From an uncultured delta proteobacterium (GTDB taxonomy: Bacteria; Myxococcota_A; Polyangia; Polyangiales; Polyangiaceae), in contig CAWAIF010000003.1 in NCBI GenBank assembly GCA_963782055.1, forward strand, positions 864,001 to 928,000: a stretch of 64,000 nucleotides of DNA. The letters are read 5' to 3'. Below, piece after piece: positions 56,303 to 64,000 of this stretch (positions are counted from its first letter, which is position 1; each line of letters begins with the position of its first letter). A program made the translations under genes and the position numbers. A model generated the notes under the pieces. It made no database searches and was not told the DNA's origin. It saw nothing but the letters and a program-made list of their open reading frames with translations.

Positions 56303-59300
56303 TTGCCACGCGCGCGCGTGTGGCAGACGACACGGGTGATCGATCTGGTGCAGAAGCTCGCCCGGACGCCCGCGCGCCGCGGCGGCATCCTGGACATCCC
56401 CTTCGCCCAGTACGCCGAGGACGTCGGCTCCGCCCGGGTCGCCACCTTGCTCGCGAACTACGCGCGCCTGCACCGCCGGCCCACCCTGCGCGCGGTGATC
56501 TGCGACGACCGCTTCCAGCGCTGGGCCACCCTCGCCAGATCCTCGCGCATGGTCGCCGCGGTCAAAGAGGAGCTCTCCTTCGTGGCCACCGTCGTCGAGG
56601 AGGAATACATCCTGGATGATGAGGAGGTGGAGGACGAGCCCCCGGACGCGCACCAATCGCTCCGCGCGTGGGCCGAGGAAGCCGGCGTGGCGCGGCGGCT
56701 CGCGGACCCCGCGGCGGTGCTCGCCGCACGGATGGGCGGCGCCGCGTCGTGGATCCTTCGCACGGCGCACGGCGCGACGGTCGCCGACGTGCTCGAGGGC
56801 AAGTCGATCGTCGCCGGCGGCCTCGGGCCCGCCGAGCGCAAGAAGCTCGCGGCCGCCGCCGAGGCCCACGTGCGCCGGGCGGGCGAGCGCGCCCTCGCCG
56901 ATCGGCGTGAGGAGGAACGGATCGCCGCGCTCGGCCACGTGCCCGAGGGCGAAGGCGCCCGCGCCTTCCTCGCGGCGGTCGAGGCGGCGCTCGCGACGAC
57001 GAAGCGGAGTCGCGAGGCATACGTCGCAGGCGTCGAGCTCCGGCGCGATCCCACGCGGCTGCACGTGCAGGTCGAGACGTGCGCCCGTGGCAGGCAGCGC
57101 ACCGGCGCCGGGGCCCTCCTGCTCGAGGACTGGCGCTCGGCGCCTCTGGCCAGGAGGCTCACGGGCGAGAAGATGCTGGCGGAGACCCTCCTGCGCGCTT
57201 GCCGCCGCGTGCTCCGCGATCCGGGCCACGCCGTTCATGCACCCCTCGTCGCGTACCTGAACGAGCCTCCCTGGCAGCGCGTCGCGCGACGCATCGCCGA
57301 GCTCGCCACGCGCGACGCTCTGGGCGAAGGCGCGGAGCTCCGGATCGGCTGGCGCGTGACCGGCGAGCGGCACCTCCGCGTCGAGCCGGAGGTGTCGGCG
57401 GGGACGGACCCCCCGCATCCGGTCTCCGTCGAGGCCCTCCTGCGCGCCCACGCGGGCGCCCTCGCGCCGCGCGACGAGGCGGTGGCGCGCGCGCTCCACG
57501 AGCCGCGCGCGTATGGTTACTACTACCCGCAGCCGGGAGGCGAGTCGCGCGCGCGGACGTACCGGGCGCTCGCGCTGCTCGTCGGCCACCCGCGCGTCCT
57601 GGGACGCGGCGGCATCGGCCTCGCCGTGCGCGAAGGAGAGCTCGAGATCGCCATCGAGGAGGGCCCAGGGGGCTTCCGGTACGCGTTCACCGTCGCGGGC
57701 GAGGGACTCTCGGCCCCCGAGCTTCGCGCCGCGGTGGATCGCGAGGGCTTCATCGTCCACATCGACCCGTCCCGGCGCTGCGTGCTGCTCGCGCACGTGG
57801 GCGCCCGGCGCGCCGCCGTGCTCCAGGCGCTCGTCTCGGAGGACGCCGTCTTCCCCCACGCCGCCGCGCAGGATCTGCTCGAGCAGAGCGTCGCGCTCCG
57901 CGGCCTGCTCCCCACGCACATCCCCGAGACGCTTGCGGGCGAGCGGGTCGAGGCGGACGCCCGCCCGCACGTGCGGGTCGTGCGCGAGGGCGCGACGCTC
58001 TCCCTCGAGTGGCTCGTCCGCCCGATCCCGTCGGGCCCGAGCTTCCCGCCGGGCGCCGGCCAGGAGCAGGTGCTCCTGCACGTGGACGGGCGCGCCGTCT
58101 TCGCGATGCGCGCGCGGGAGGACGAGTTCCAGCGCGCCCAGGCGCTCTCGGCGCGCCTGCCGCCGCCCGCGGCGAGCGGTCGGTACGAGGGGATCGAGGC
58201 GATGCTCGCGGTCATCGCGAGCCTGCGCGACGCGGTGGAGGCGGACGAGGCGGTCGTCCTGTGGCCAAAGACGCTCCCCAAAGTCGTCGGCGCGATGAGC
58301 GCCGCGAGCCTGCGGCTCGCCGTCTCTGCCGAGCGCGACTGGTTCGGCGTGCGCGGCGGCGCCTCCTCCGGGGGGGTGGAGATCACGCTCGCCAATCTGC
58401 TCGCGGCGAGGCGCGCGGGCGAGAAGCTCGTCGCCATCGGTCCGGACCGGCTCGTCGCCATCGCAGACGACCTGCGGGCCCGACTCGACGCGCTCGAGGC
58501 GATTGCCCGGCCCGCGTCGGTCTCGTCCAGGAGCGACTCGCTCGAGATCGCCCGCGTGGCGGCGCCCCTCCTCGCCGAGCTCGCGCGGGAGCAGATCGAC
58601 GCCGCGCCCCCCTTCTGGTCGCTCCTCGAGCGGATCGAGGCGGCGAAGGCGAGCACGCCGAAGCTCCCTCGCGGGTTCCGCAAGACACTCCGCCCCTACC
58701 AGGTCGACGGGTACCGGTGGATGAGTCGCCTCGCGGCGTGGGGCGCGGGCGGGTGCCTCGCCGACGAGATGGGCCTCGGGAAGACGGTGCAGGCGCTGGC
58801 GATGCTCGCGGCGCGGAGCGACGCCGGCCCCGCCCTCGTCGTCGCGCCCACGTCCGTCGGACCCAACTGGATCCGCGAGGCCGCGCGCTTCGCGCCGCGG
58901 CTGCGCGCCGTGCTTCACCGGGGCGCGGACCGCGCGTCCGCGCTGCGGGAGCTCGGGCCGGGCGATCTGCTCGTCACCAGCTACGACATCGCCGTGCGCG
59001 ATCGCGAGCGCCTCGCCGAGGTCCGCTTCGCGACGATCGTCGCGGACGAGGCCCAGGCGATCAAGAACGGCGCGACCGCCCGCGCGCAGGCGCTCCGGTC
59101 GCTCCAGGCCGAGATGCGTGTCGCGCTCACCGGCACGCCCGTCGAGAACCGCCTCGCCGAGCTCCACAGCCTGATGGAGTTCCTCAACCCGGGCTTCTTC
59201 GGCAGCGAGAAGGCGTTTCGCGCGCGGTACGTCATCCCGATCGAGCGCGACAAGGACCGCGCGCGCAGCGAGGCGCTGGCGGCGCTGGTGCGCCCGTTCT

Positions 59301-60079
59301 TGTTGCGGCGAATGAAGTCGGAGGTGCTCTCCGAGCTGCCCGCGCGCACCGAGATCACCCGCGCCGTCGAGCGCAGCGCCCCGGAGCGGCGACTCTACGA
59401 GGCCGCCAGGCGCGTCGCGCTGGAGGCGGTCACCGGAGGGGACGAGCGCGGCCGCTTCCGCGTCCTCGCCGAGATCATGCGCCTGCGGCGCCTCGCGTGT
59501 CACCCGAGGCTCTTCGACGAGCGCTCGACCGTGCCTTCGTCCAAGCTCGAGGCGTTCCTCGCGCTGGTCGGCGAGCTCCGCGACGGCGGTCACCGCGCGC
59601 TCGTCTTCAGCCAGTTCACCGGGCACCTCGCGCTCGTGGAGGAGGCGCTGCGCGAGCGCGGCGTCCCGTACCTCTACCTCGACGGGCAGACGCCGCTCGC
59701 CGACCGCACGCGCAGGGTCGCGGCGTTCCAGGCCGGCGAGGGCGACGTCTTCCTCATCTCGCTCAAGGCCGGCGGCACCGGCCTCAACCTCACGGCCGCG
59801 GACACCGTGATCCACCTCGACCCGTGGTGGAACCCCGCCGTCGAGGACCAGGCCTCCGACCGCGCGCACCGCATCGGACAGACGCGGCCCGTGACGGTGG
59901 TGCGCCTCATCGCGCAGGGGACGATCGAGGAGGCCGTGCTCGCCCTCCACGCGGACAAGCGCGAGCTCGCAGAGTCGATCCTCGCGGGCGCGGGCGCGAC
60001 CGGCAAGCTGTCGATGGTGGAGCTCGGCGCGCTGATCCGGGAGGGCGCGACGCCCGGCGGCTCGCGCGAGTCTTCATGA
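56303..60079 (+). CDS. large SNF2-family helicase (start uncertain)
   Basis: LRPYQ, ADEMGLGKT, DEAQAIKN, TGTPVEN, DPWWNPAVEDQASDRAHRIGQ. Confidence 0.92.
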   Translation: MPRARVWQTTRVIDLVQKLARTPARRGGILDIPFAQYAEDVGSARVATLLANYARLHRRPTLRAVICDDRFQRWATLARSSRMVAAVKEELSFVATVVEEEYILDDEEVEDEPPDAHQSLRAWAEEAGVARRLADPAAVLAARMGGAASWILRTAHGATVADVLEGKSIVAGGLGPAERKKLAAAAEAHVRRAGERALADRREEERIAALGHVPEGEGARAFLAAVEAALATTKRSREAYVAGVELRRDPTRLHVQVETCARGRQRTGAGALLLEDWRSAPLARRLTGEKMLAETLLRACRRVLRDPGHAVHAPLVAYLNEPPWQRVARRIAELATRDALGEGAELRIGWRVTGERHLRVEPEVSAGTDPPHPVSVEALLRAHAGALAPRDEAVARALHEPRAYGYYYPQPGGESRARTYRALALLVGHPRVLGRGGIGLAVREGELEIAIEEGPGGFRYAFTVAGEGLSAPELRAAVDREGFIVHIDPSRRCVLLAHVGARRAAVLQALVSEDAVFPHAAAQDLLEQSVALRGLLPTHIPETLAGERVEADARPHVRVVREGATLSLEWLVRPIPSGPSFPPGAGQEQVLLHVDGRAVFAMRAREDEFQRAQALSARLPPPAASGRYEGIEAMLAVIASLRDAVEADEAVVLWPKTLPKVVGAMSAASLRLAVSAERDWFGVRGGASSGGVEITLANLLAARRAGEKLVAIGPDRLVAIADDLRARLDALEAIARPASVSSRSDSLEIARVAAPLLAELAREQIDAAPPFWSLLERIEAAKASTPKLPRGFRKTLRPYQVDGYRWMSRLAAWGAGGCLADEMGLGKTVQALAMLAARSDAGPALVVAPTSVGPNWIREAARFAPRLRAVLHRGADRASALRELGPGDLLVTSYDIAVRDRERLAEVRFATIVADEAQAIKNGATARAQALRSLQAEMRVALTGTPVENRLAELHSLMEFLNPGFFGSEKAFRARYVIPIERDKDRARSEALAALVRPFLLRRMKSEVLSELPARTEITRAVERSAPERRLYEAARRVALEAVTGGDERGRFRVLAEIMRLRRLACHPRLFDERSTVPSSKLEAFLALVGELRDGGHRALVFSQFTGHLALVEEALRERGVPYLYLDGQTPLADRTRRVAAFQAGEGDVFLISLKAGGTGLNLTAADTVIHLDPWWNPAVEDQASDRAHRIGQTRPVTVVRLIAQGTIEEAVLALHADKRELAESILAGAGATGKLSMVELGALIREGATPGGSRESS

Positions 60080-60307
60080 TTCGCGTCTCCCCCGTGCCGA
60101 CCGGATCGCGCGTCAGCACGGCCCCCTACGTCCCGCGCGCAACGATCGCCCTCCAGCGCGCGACCATGTCGCGGGTGGTGGCGCGCGAGCTCTCGCGCAC
60201 CCGCCAGGAGCGCCAGGAGCGCCGACTCGTGCTCGACGTGTGCCGCCTCTCAGTCGGGAGGGCCTACGTGCCGGCGGCGGCACCGCAGCTCAGGACGACG
60301 ACGCGAG

Positions 60308-60781
60308 TCACTCCTCGGTCTCACCCCGCAGCGCGCGGCGGATCGCCTCCGCGTCCGCCTGGTCCTTCAGCCGGCCGTGCTCCTTCATGCGGAGCAATCC
60401 CTCGAGCGAGACCAGGTTGACGTTGCCGATGCGCTTCCGGTAGCGCGCGAGCTCCTGCCACGAGAAGCCCGACGCGGAGTTCATCACGTCGACGGTGAAC
60501 TCGTCGTTGATGCGGATCGCGTAGGGCTCCTCGTGGAGCGTCTCGTCGCCCTCGAGTTCCTTGGCCGCGCCGTCCGGCAGCTTGGAGAGCGCCCGGACCC
60601 ACCGCCGCGCGTTCTCCGCGGTGGGCTCGACGAGGATGTCGACGTCCTCGGTGAGGCGCACGATGCCCTGGAGCGCGAGCGCGTACCCGCCGATGAGCGC
60701 GTACTCGACGTGCTCGTCCTCGAGGAGCTTCGCTACGCGCTCGACGTCCTGGTACGTCGCCGCACGCGTTCGCTCGTCCAT
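60308..60781 (-). CDS. nucleotidyltransferase-fold protein
   Basis: LIGGYAL..RLTEDVDIL, VDV, LLRMK..GRLKDQAD. Confidence 0.82.
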   Translation of the reverse strand: MDERTRAATYQDVERVAKLLEDEHVEYALIGGYALALQGIVRLTEDVDILVEPTAENARRWVRALSKLPDGAAKELEGDETLHEEPYAIRINDEFTVDVMNSASGFSWQELARYRKRIGNVNLVSLEGLLRMKEHGRLKDQADAEAIRRALRGETEE

Positions 60782-60921
60782 CGGTCCCAATCGCGGTTCG
60801 CCTCCTCCTGCGAACGATAGCGAAACACGCCCTTCGGTGCGCCGCCACCGAAAGCGAGGACCAGCGCGTCGAGGCCGGCGCGATCTCCGTGACCCTTCCG
60901 TCGCTTCCCGACGACACGCAT
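60733..60921 (-). CDS. small hypothetical protein overlapping the nucleotidyltransferase start
   Basis: 62-aa ORF with PKGVFRYRSQEEANRDW. Confidence 0.55.
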   Translation of the reverse strand: MRVVGKRRKGHGDRAGLDALVLAFGGGAPKGVFRYRSQEEANRDWDRWTSERVRRRTRTSSA

Positions 60922-60989
60922 GCGGCGAGCTTGTCACCCGGTCCGGCCGGGCGCCATCGCAAAAGCGGATCGCCCGCTCCCATGCCCGG

Positions 60990-61293
60990 CCCGCCCTCGC
61001 CCTCGCGCCCCCGCCCGCGCCTCGCCCTCGCGCCCGCGCCCGCGCCCGCCCCCGCGCCCGCCCCCGCTCCCGCTCTCGCGCCCGCCCCCGCGCCCGCCCC
61101 CGCGCCCGCCCCCGCGCCCGCGCCCGCCCCCGCTCCCGCTCTCGCGCCCGCCCCCGCTCCCGCTCCCGCTCTCGCTCTCGCTCCCGCTCCCGCTCCCGCT
61201 CTCGCCCTGGGGTTCGCGAGAGGGAGAGCGAGAGCGTGGGGGAGAGCGAGAGCGTGGGGGAGAGCGAGAGCGTGGGGGAGAGGGAGGGCGTGC
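60990..61293. repeat. pyrimidine-rich hexamer tract followed by a complementary purine-rich tract
   Basis: (CCCGCG/CCCGCT/CTCGCT)n at 60990-61207 then (GAGAGCGAGAGCGTGGGG)n. Confidence 0.85.
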
Positions 61294-61352
61294 GGGAGGA
61301 CGCGCGGGAGCCGTGCGTGCAGACCAGGGCCATTCGTGCGACTCTCGGGCGC

Positions 61353-62903
61353 ATGGGAGTTCGGGTCGCGGAGCTCGTCGGCGGGCTCTCGCTCGCCACC
61401 GACATGGGCGCCGGGCAGCCCCTGCAGTCGGCCATTGCGGCGACCATCCTGGCGACGCGCATGGCCACGCGCATGGGGCTCGACGAAGCGGATCGGCGCG
61501 CGACCTACTACGGCGTGATCCTGCGCTTCATCGGCTGCTCGTCGGTCGCGCCGGAGGCCGCGCAGATGGGGGCCGGCGACGACGCGTCACTCAACTACGC
61601 GTTCTCCATGTGCGACATGACGGACGCCGCGCAGGTCGCCGATGCGCTCGAACGTTACTGGGCCAAGGGTGCGGACGACGCCGTGCGCCGCCAGGTCATC
61701 CGAGCGTTGTCCGAAGATCTGAGCCAGATGGGCGCCGCGGCGGCGATGCACTGCGCGCAGGCCGTGGTGCTTTCGCAGCGCATCCCCGTGGGCGATCGCG
61801 TTCCTGCGATGCTCGCTCACATGTACAACCGCTACGATGGGATCGGTTCCACGCACGGCGGCGAGGCGATCCCGGTGCCGGCGCGGCTCTCCTGCCTCGC
61901 GGCCGACACCGCGGTCGTGCTGCGTTCGCTCGGCAAGCGCACGGCGCTCGATGTCATCGTGCCTCGCAAGGGAGGTCAGTTCTGCCCGGAGTGCACCAGC
62001 CTCCTCGAGAAGGACCACGCGACGCTGCTCGACGGCCTGGACGCGCCGTCGTGCTGGCAGGCCTATCTCGATCTCGAGCCGGGCACCCATGACGAGCTCG
62101 AGGGCGCCGCGCTCGAGAAGGCCTGCACCGCGTACGCGGACTACGCCGACCAGAAGTCCGGGTATCTGCTCGGGCACTCACGGCACGTGGCGAAGCTCGC
62201 CTTCTTCGCCGCGGAAGGCGCCGGCCTGGATCTCGAGGGCCGACGCAGGCTGCGCCTCGCGGCGTTGCTCCATGACGTGGGACGCGCGGGCGTGCCGTCG
62301 GGCCTCTGGGACAAGCCGGGAACGCTCACGACCCACGAGCGGCAGATCATCGAGAGCCACAACGGCCACACCGAGACGATCCTCCGGCTCGCGCCTGCGC
62401 TGCGCGAGCTGTGCGCGCAGGCCGCAGGCGTGCACGAGCGATCGGACAAGACCGGTTATCCGCGCGCCACGCCTCTCGATGACGTCACGACGGGGTTGCT
62501 CGCCGCGTCGGACGTCTATCAAGCACTGACGCACGATCGCCCGTGGCGCCTCGCCCTCGCGCCGGCGGAAGCGGCGGACCTGCTGATCGAAGAGGCGAGG
62601 CAGGGGCGGCTTCCGCGCCGGGCCGTGAGCGCCGTGCTCGACGCGGCGGGTCACGCCAGGAAGACGACCGTGGAGGCCTATCCCGCGGGCCTGTCCCGGC
62701 GCGAGGTCGAGGTGCTCGCGCTGCTCGCGCAAGGGCTCGGCACGAAGCAGATCGCCGACCGTCTCGCGATCTCCCCGAAGACTGCCGAGAACCACATCGG
62801 CCGCATCTACGACAAGACCAACGCGCGCGGGCGCGCCGCCGCCGCCCTGTTCGCCGTCGAGCACGGGCTGAACGAGCACGTCCTCACGCCCGAGCCGTCC
62901 TGA
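61353..62903 (+). CDS. HD-GYP-like domain + LuxR HTH regulator
   Basis: HSRHVA, LLHDVGR, HERSDKTGYP; LSRREVEVL..ISPKTAENH. Confidence 0.88.
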   Translation: MGVRVAELVGGLSLATDMGAGQPLQSAIAATILATRMATRMGLDEADRRATYYGVILRFIGCSSVAPEAAQMGAGDDASLNYAFSMCDMTDAAQVADALERYWAKGADDAVRRQVIRALSEDLSQMGAAAAMHCAQAVVLSQRIPVGDRVPAMLAHMYNRYDGIGSTHGGEAIPVPARLSCLAADTAVVLRSLGKRTALDVIVPRKGGQFCPECTSLLEKDHATLLDGLDAPSCWQAYLDLEPGTHDELEGAALEKACTAYADYADQKSGYLLGHSRHVAKLAFFAAEGAGLDLEGRRRLRLAALLHDVGRAGVPSGLWDKPGTLTTHERQIIESHNGHTETILRLAPALRELCAQAAGVHERSDKTGYPRATPLDDVTTGLLAASDVYQALTHDRPWRLALAPAEAADLLIEEARQGRLPRRAVSAVLDAAGHARKTTVEAYPAGLSRREVEVLALLAQGLGTKQIADRLAISPKTAENHIGRIYDKTNARGRAAAALFAVEHGLNEHVLTPEPS

Positions 62904-63021
62904 GTCCGCGCGCGGCATTTCTGGCTTCGCTGGGGGTATTCCCTCATCGCGCGGTGCCGGCCGTCGAGGCTAGGTTCTGGGTCGTCGACAACACGGGAGC
63001 GACGCTCCCAAGGAGGCACCG

Positions 63022-63438
63022 ATGGCCTGTTACAACTCGAAGATCGTGAATGCCCCGATTGCCAAGGTCTGGAGCGCGATCCGCGACTTCCACGACATGT
63101 CCTGGGCGAAGGGGGTGATCGAGACGTGCGAGAACGTCGGCGGCCTGCCGGGCGACCGGATCGGCGCCCGCCGCAAGCTGAACGGCGTCTTCGTGGAGAC
63201 GCTGCTCGCCCTCGATGAGGACGGCCGCACCATCAAGTACAGCATCGACCAGGGGCCCGACCCCGTGTCGAGCGCGAAGGGCTACGTCGGCCAGGTCCGC
63301 TTGCTGCCGCTCACCGACGGCGACAGGACCTTCGTCGAGTGGACGTCGAGCTGGAAGGCCGAGGCGGGCGGCGTCAAGGAATTCTGCGACTCGGTGTACC
63401 AGGCGGCGCTCGGCGCGATGGCGGCGAACGTGCGCTAG
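63022..63438 (+). CDS. SRPBCC/polyketide cyclase family protein
   Basis: APIAKVWSAIRDF, IGARRKL, TFVEWTS; GGAGG RBS. Confidence 0.85.
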   Translation: MACYNSKIVNAPIAKVWSAIRDFHDMSWAKGVIETCENVGGLPGDRIGARRKLNGVFVETLLALDEDGRTIKYSIDQGPDPVSSAKGYVGQVRLLPLTDGDRTFVEWTSSWKAEAGGVKEFCDSVYQAALGAMAANVR

Positions 63439-63625
63439 TGCGACGCGTCACCCGGCGCGGAGTGCCCCACGCACGGATTCCGCGCCGGGCCGACGCCATG
63501 GATTGTCGTAGTCGAAGGACGAGATCTCATGGCACGCCGCTCGGTCACCCGCGCGCGCGCCTGCCCTTCGCGAGAGGCCCCTATCCCTCCACCCCCACCC
63601 CGATTACCCTCGTAGCCCGCTCTCC

Positions 63626-64000
63626 ATGGTCAAGCGCAAGGTCTCGCTCTCCAACGACGCCCCCGCCCGCACCAGCGACGCCGGCGTCCGCGCCCCCTCC
63701 GAGGAGGTGCTGGAGCTCTTCTTCGACACCGGCGTCGTCTTCCACGAGGTGGAGGCCCCCCCGCTGCCGGACATCGTCTCCGGCTTCAAGGTGATGCGCG
63801 ACCCGACGACCGGCGCCGCGTCCGTCCGCCGGGCCGAGCCCGGGGAGGAGCCGGACGTGGAGGTCTCCGCGGTCGACCACCTGCCCGAGCTCTCGCATCG
63901 CTGGCTGCCGGTGCCCTACCAGCTCTCCTGCCCCTTCGCGGTGCAGGTCTACCTCGCGCCCACCGGCGACGACCCGCGCGCGGTGCGGGTGCTGCTCGCC
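63626..64000 (+). CDS. hypothetical protein running off the window (possibly SrfB-like)
   Basis: Open frame MVKRKVSLS..RWLPVPY..; family call is weak. Confidence 0.55.
   Translation, partial: MVKRKVSLSNDAPARTSDAGVRAPSEEVLELFFDTGVVFHEVEAPPLPDIVSGFKVMRDPTTGAASVRRAEPGEEPDVEVSAVDHLPELSHRWLPVPYQLSCPFAVQVYLAPTGDDPRAVRVLLA

Overview
GC-rich bacterial window with a myxobacterium-like gene content (inference from Ser/Thr kinases, an FHA-ABC transporter, Sel1 and RCC1 repeat proteins). Bases 1-23 kb hold ordinary signalling and envelope genes. Bases ~23-61 kb form a defence/accessory island. It carries an HTH-WYL regulator and a type I-G CRISPR-Cas interference operon (cas7/csb1, csb2, cas3 with C-terminal HD, cas8g/csb3) whose 5' end is hit by two IS elements: ISL3 in the upstream region and IS1380 in codon 4 of cas7, both with readable IRs and TSDs. 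A toxin-antitoxin-rich insert with partial duplications, a SWIM-SNF2 helicase and an AAA/DUF4143 ATPase follow. Then come cas4-cas1, cas2, a 36-bp-repeat array of about 68 spacers, an rve integrase, a four-helix-bundle gene, a Uma2 nuclease, a second SNF2 helicase and a nucleotidyltransferase pair. The most striking unannotated signal is a tandem palindrome, CGCCRAYRTYGGCG-N8-CGCCRAYRTYGGCG (22-bp period). It occurs five times in intergenic DNA, upstream of the WYL gene, two uncharacterised genes, cas4-cas1 and the integrase. It is a candidate WYL regulon linking spacer acquisition to a DDE integrase. Many indels in 19-21 kb and 25-39 kb may be sequencing errors. All calls were made by eye; no database search was run.
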